Of a stretch of DNA of 64,000 nt, positions 62,512 to 64,000 are shown in pieces. The position numbers and the translations under genes were made by a program. The notes beneath the pieces were generated by a model. It saw only the letters and a program-made list of their open reading frames with translations. It had not been told where the DNA came from and ran no database searches. Source of the DNA: Pseudomonadota bacterium (GTDB lineage Bacteria > Pseudomonadota > Alphaproteobacteria > Rhizobiales > JAKSCL01); NCBI GenBank assembly GCA_039026395.1, contig JBCCMK010000003.1:23899-87898 (forward strand). The letters are read 5' to 3'. Positions within the stretch are counted from its first letter, which is position 1. Every line of letters starts with the position of its first letter.

Positions 62512-63113
62512 TGCAGCGCTCGCTGATCCTAATGGTGAAGCGGCCGGTTGCGGGCGCGGTGAAGACACGGCTTGCAAAGACGATCTGGACGGCGGAAGCG
62601 TTGCGCTTTTATCGTACCAGCCTCGCAGACACGATGAGGCGTCTTGGCCGCGATCCGCGCTGGCGTTTGGTGCTGGCAGTGGCGCCAGAAACCGCGGTCA
62701 ATGATGCCACCTGGCCGCGACATCTTTCGCGGATGGCGCAGTGCCGGGGCGGGCTCGGTGAAAAGATGCAGGGTGCAATTGATGCTGTGCCCACCGGCCC
62801 GGCGCTTATTATCGGGTCGGACATACCTGGCATCACAGGTGCTGAAATCTGGTCAGCATTTCAGGCGCTCGGTCGAACAGATGTCGTCATCGGGCCGTCC
62901 CCCGATGGCGGCTATTGGCTGATCGGTTCCAGGCGATTACCTCGGTCAATGCGGCTCTTCCCTAAGCCGGTCCGATGGAGCACGGAACACACATTGGAAG
63001 ACACCGTCGCGGGGCTGGCGGGTGCGACGGTGTCCTTCATCAATAAGCGCGCCGACGTCGACACAGAGGCCGAATGGCGCGCCTGGCGTCGTGGTGACTA
63101 TTCAGCGAACTGA
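62511..63113 (+). CDS. DUF2064 / TIGR04282-like transferase ('transferase 1, rSAM/selenodomain-associated')
   Basis: KRPVAGAVKTRL, GGLGEKM, IGSDIPG and GPSPDGGYWLIG motifs. The ATG shares one base with the upstream TGA (TGATG). Confidence 0.8.
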   Translation: MQRSLILMVKRPVAGAVKTRLAKTIWTAEALRFYRTSLADTMRRLGRDPRWRLVLAVAPETAVNDATWPRHLSRMAQCRGGLGEKMQGAIDAVPTGPALIIGSDIPGITGAEIWSAFQALGRTDVVIGPSPDGGYWLIGSRRLPRSMRLFPKPVRWSTEHTLEDTVAGLAGATVSFINKRADVDTEAEWRAWRRGDYSAN

Positions 63114-64000
63114 TAGCTCATCGGGTCCCACCGATAAGACGTTCCGGATTTCCGCACATAGCCAATGCCGGGGAAGGGCATGTGATAGCCGATCATGGCG
63201 AGATTATCGGCGGCCGACATGTCGAACAGGCGCTTGCGCGTGGCCGCAGCCGCTTCCTTGTCCATGTCAAACCGCACGTGCCAGTCCGGCCGTTGGATTG
63301 ATGCGACGAAGTGGTTTGCAGCGTCCGCCCAAACCATCAATTGGCGACCCTCGCTCTCAATCCGATAGCACATGTGGCCTGGCGTATGGCCGAAGGCGGC
63401 AAATGCCGAGATGCCAGAGACGACCTCGCCCTCATCACCGAGGAACGTCATCTTCTCTGCAACCGGCTTGACGTTTGAGTTCACGAGCGTGGCGACGCGT
63501 TCCGTCGGCCCGCTCATTCGGTCCTCTGCCGCCCAGAAATCATATTCGATCTGGCCGGTGACGTAGCGTGCATTCGGATAGGCTTCGCTGCCCGACGCCA
63601 TAAGTCCACCAATATGGTCCGGGTGCATATGGGTTAGAACAACGACGTCAACTTGGTCAGCAGAGTACCCTGCCTGTTCCAAGACGCCGATGAGTGGTGG
63701 TGTCTCGCCACCGAGCCCGGCGTCAAACAACACGAGCTCATTGCCCGTATTGACGATCGTCGGGGTGAAATAGAATTGAACTCGGGTCTCGGGCAGACCG
63801 TTCTCCTTGAGGAGGGCGGCCATATCCTCCGCCGACTGGTTTTGCCCAAATGTTGGGTGTGGCCCATCTGACATTCGAGAACCGGCAAGAAGGGTCGTCA
63901 CTTCGAAATTGCCAACCTTGATGCGCCGGAAACTCTGCGGCGACACTCCGAGCATGGGTGCGGCGGCCAATGCCGGCGTAGAGCGGGAAATGATGGCCGG
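63098..64000 (-). CDS. MBL-fold metallo-hydrolase, probably exported; 5' end runs off the window
   Basis: THMHPDHIGG motif. The frame stays open upstream of the TTG at 63970 (..PAIISRSTPALAAAPMLG, signal-peptide-like), so the gene is likely partial here. Confidence 0.75.
   Translation of the reverse strand, partial: PAIISRSTPALAAAPMLGVSPQSFRRIKVGNFEVTTLLAGSRMSDGPHPTFGQNQSAEDMAALLKENGLPETRVQFYFTPTIVNTGNELVLFDAGLGGETPPLIGVLEQAGYSADQVDVVVLTHMHPDHIGGLMASGSEAYPNARYVTGQIEYDFWAAEDRMSGPTERVATLVNSNVKPVAEKMTFLGDEGEVVSGISAFAAFGHTPGHMCYRIESEGRQLMVWADAANHFVASIQRPDWHVRFDMDKEAAAATRKRLFDMSAADNLAMIGYHMPFPGIGYVRKSGTSYRWDPMSYQFAE

Overview
This 64-kb window is a gene-dense, high-GC stretch of an alphaproteobacterial chromosome; hand counts give about 55-60% G+C in coding lines. 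The class assignment rests on CcrM, the split atpI-B-E-F'-F F0 operon, an aa3-type cox cluster with ctaB/ctaG/SURF1, and a plant-type GshA. I support about 69 protein-coding genes, nearly all housekeeping. They cover LPS core and lipid A (lpxK, waaA), purD, xseA, pmbA and tldD, ubiA, rsmE, gshA, the cytochrome c oxidase cluster, thrC/thrB, ispH, rnhA/rnhB, the F0 ATP synthase genes, smc, mutY and ccrM. I found no rRNA, tRNA, CRISPR array, IS element, integrase, prophage or recognisable defence or toxin-antitoxin module. I cannot point to a convincing new multi-gene system, and I read the window as mostly ordinary core genome. The observations worth a second look are small-scale. (1) A perfect alphaproteobacterial LexA box (GAAC-N7-GAAC) sits in the divergent promoter between a PA0069-family radical SAM gene and a translationally coupled TIGR04283/TIGR04282-like transferase pair. 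(2) A MerR-type 19-bp-spacer promoter carries a SoxR-box-like dyad and drives a SAM methyltransferase, but the adjacent regulator lacks the SoxR Fe-S motif. (3) A divergent LysR/DUF1127 module is duplicated in tandem, with operator-like palindromes and a structured, terminator-capped 3' UTR that could be an sRNA. (4) A conserved periplasmic DsbA-like gene is interrupted by one in-frame TAA. (5) A strong intrinsic terminator ends only 13 nt before the smc start codon. (6) A 54-codon membrane ORF between ctaB and ctaG is missing from the ORF track. (7) A low-GC GNAT islet follows a 430-nt AT-rich spacer. All function calls rest on motifs read by eye and recalled family knowledge. No database search was run.
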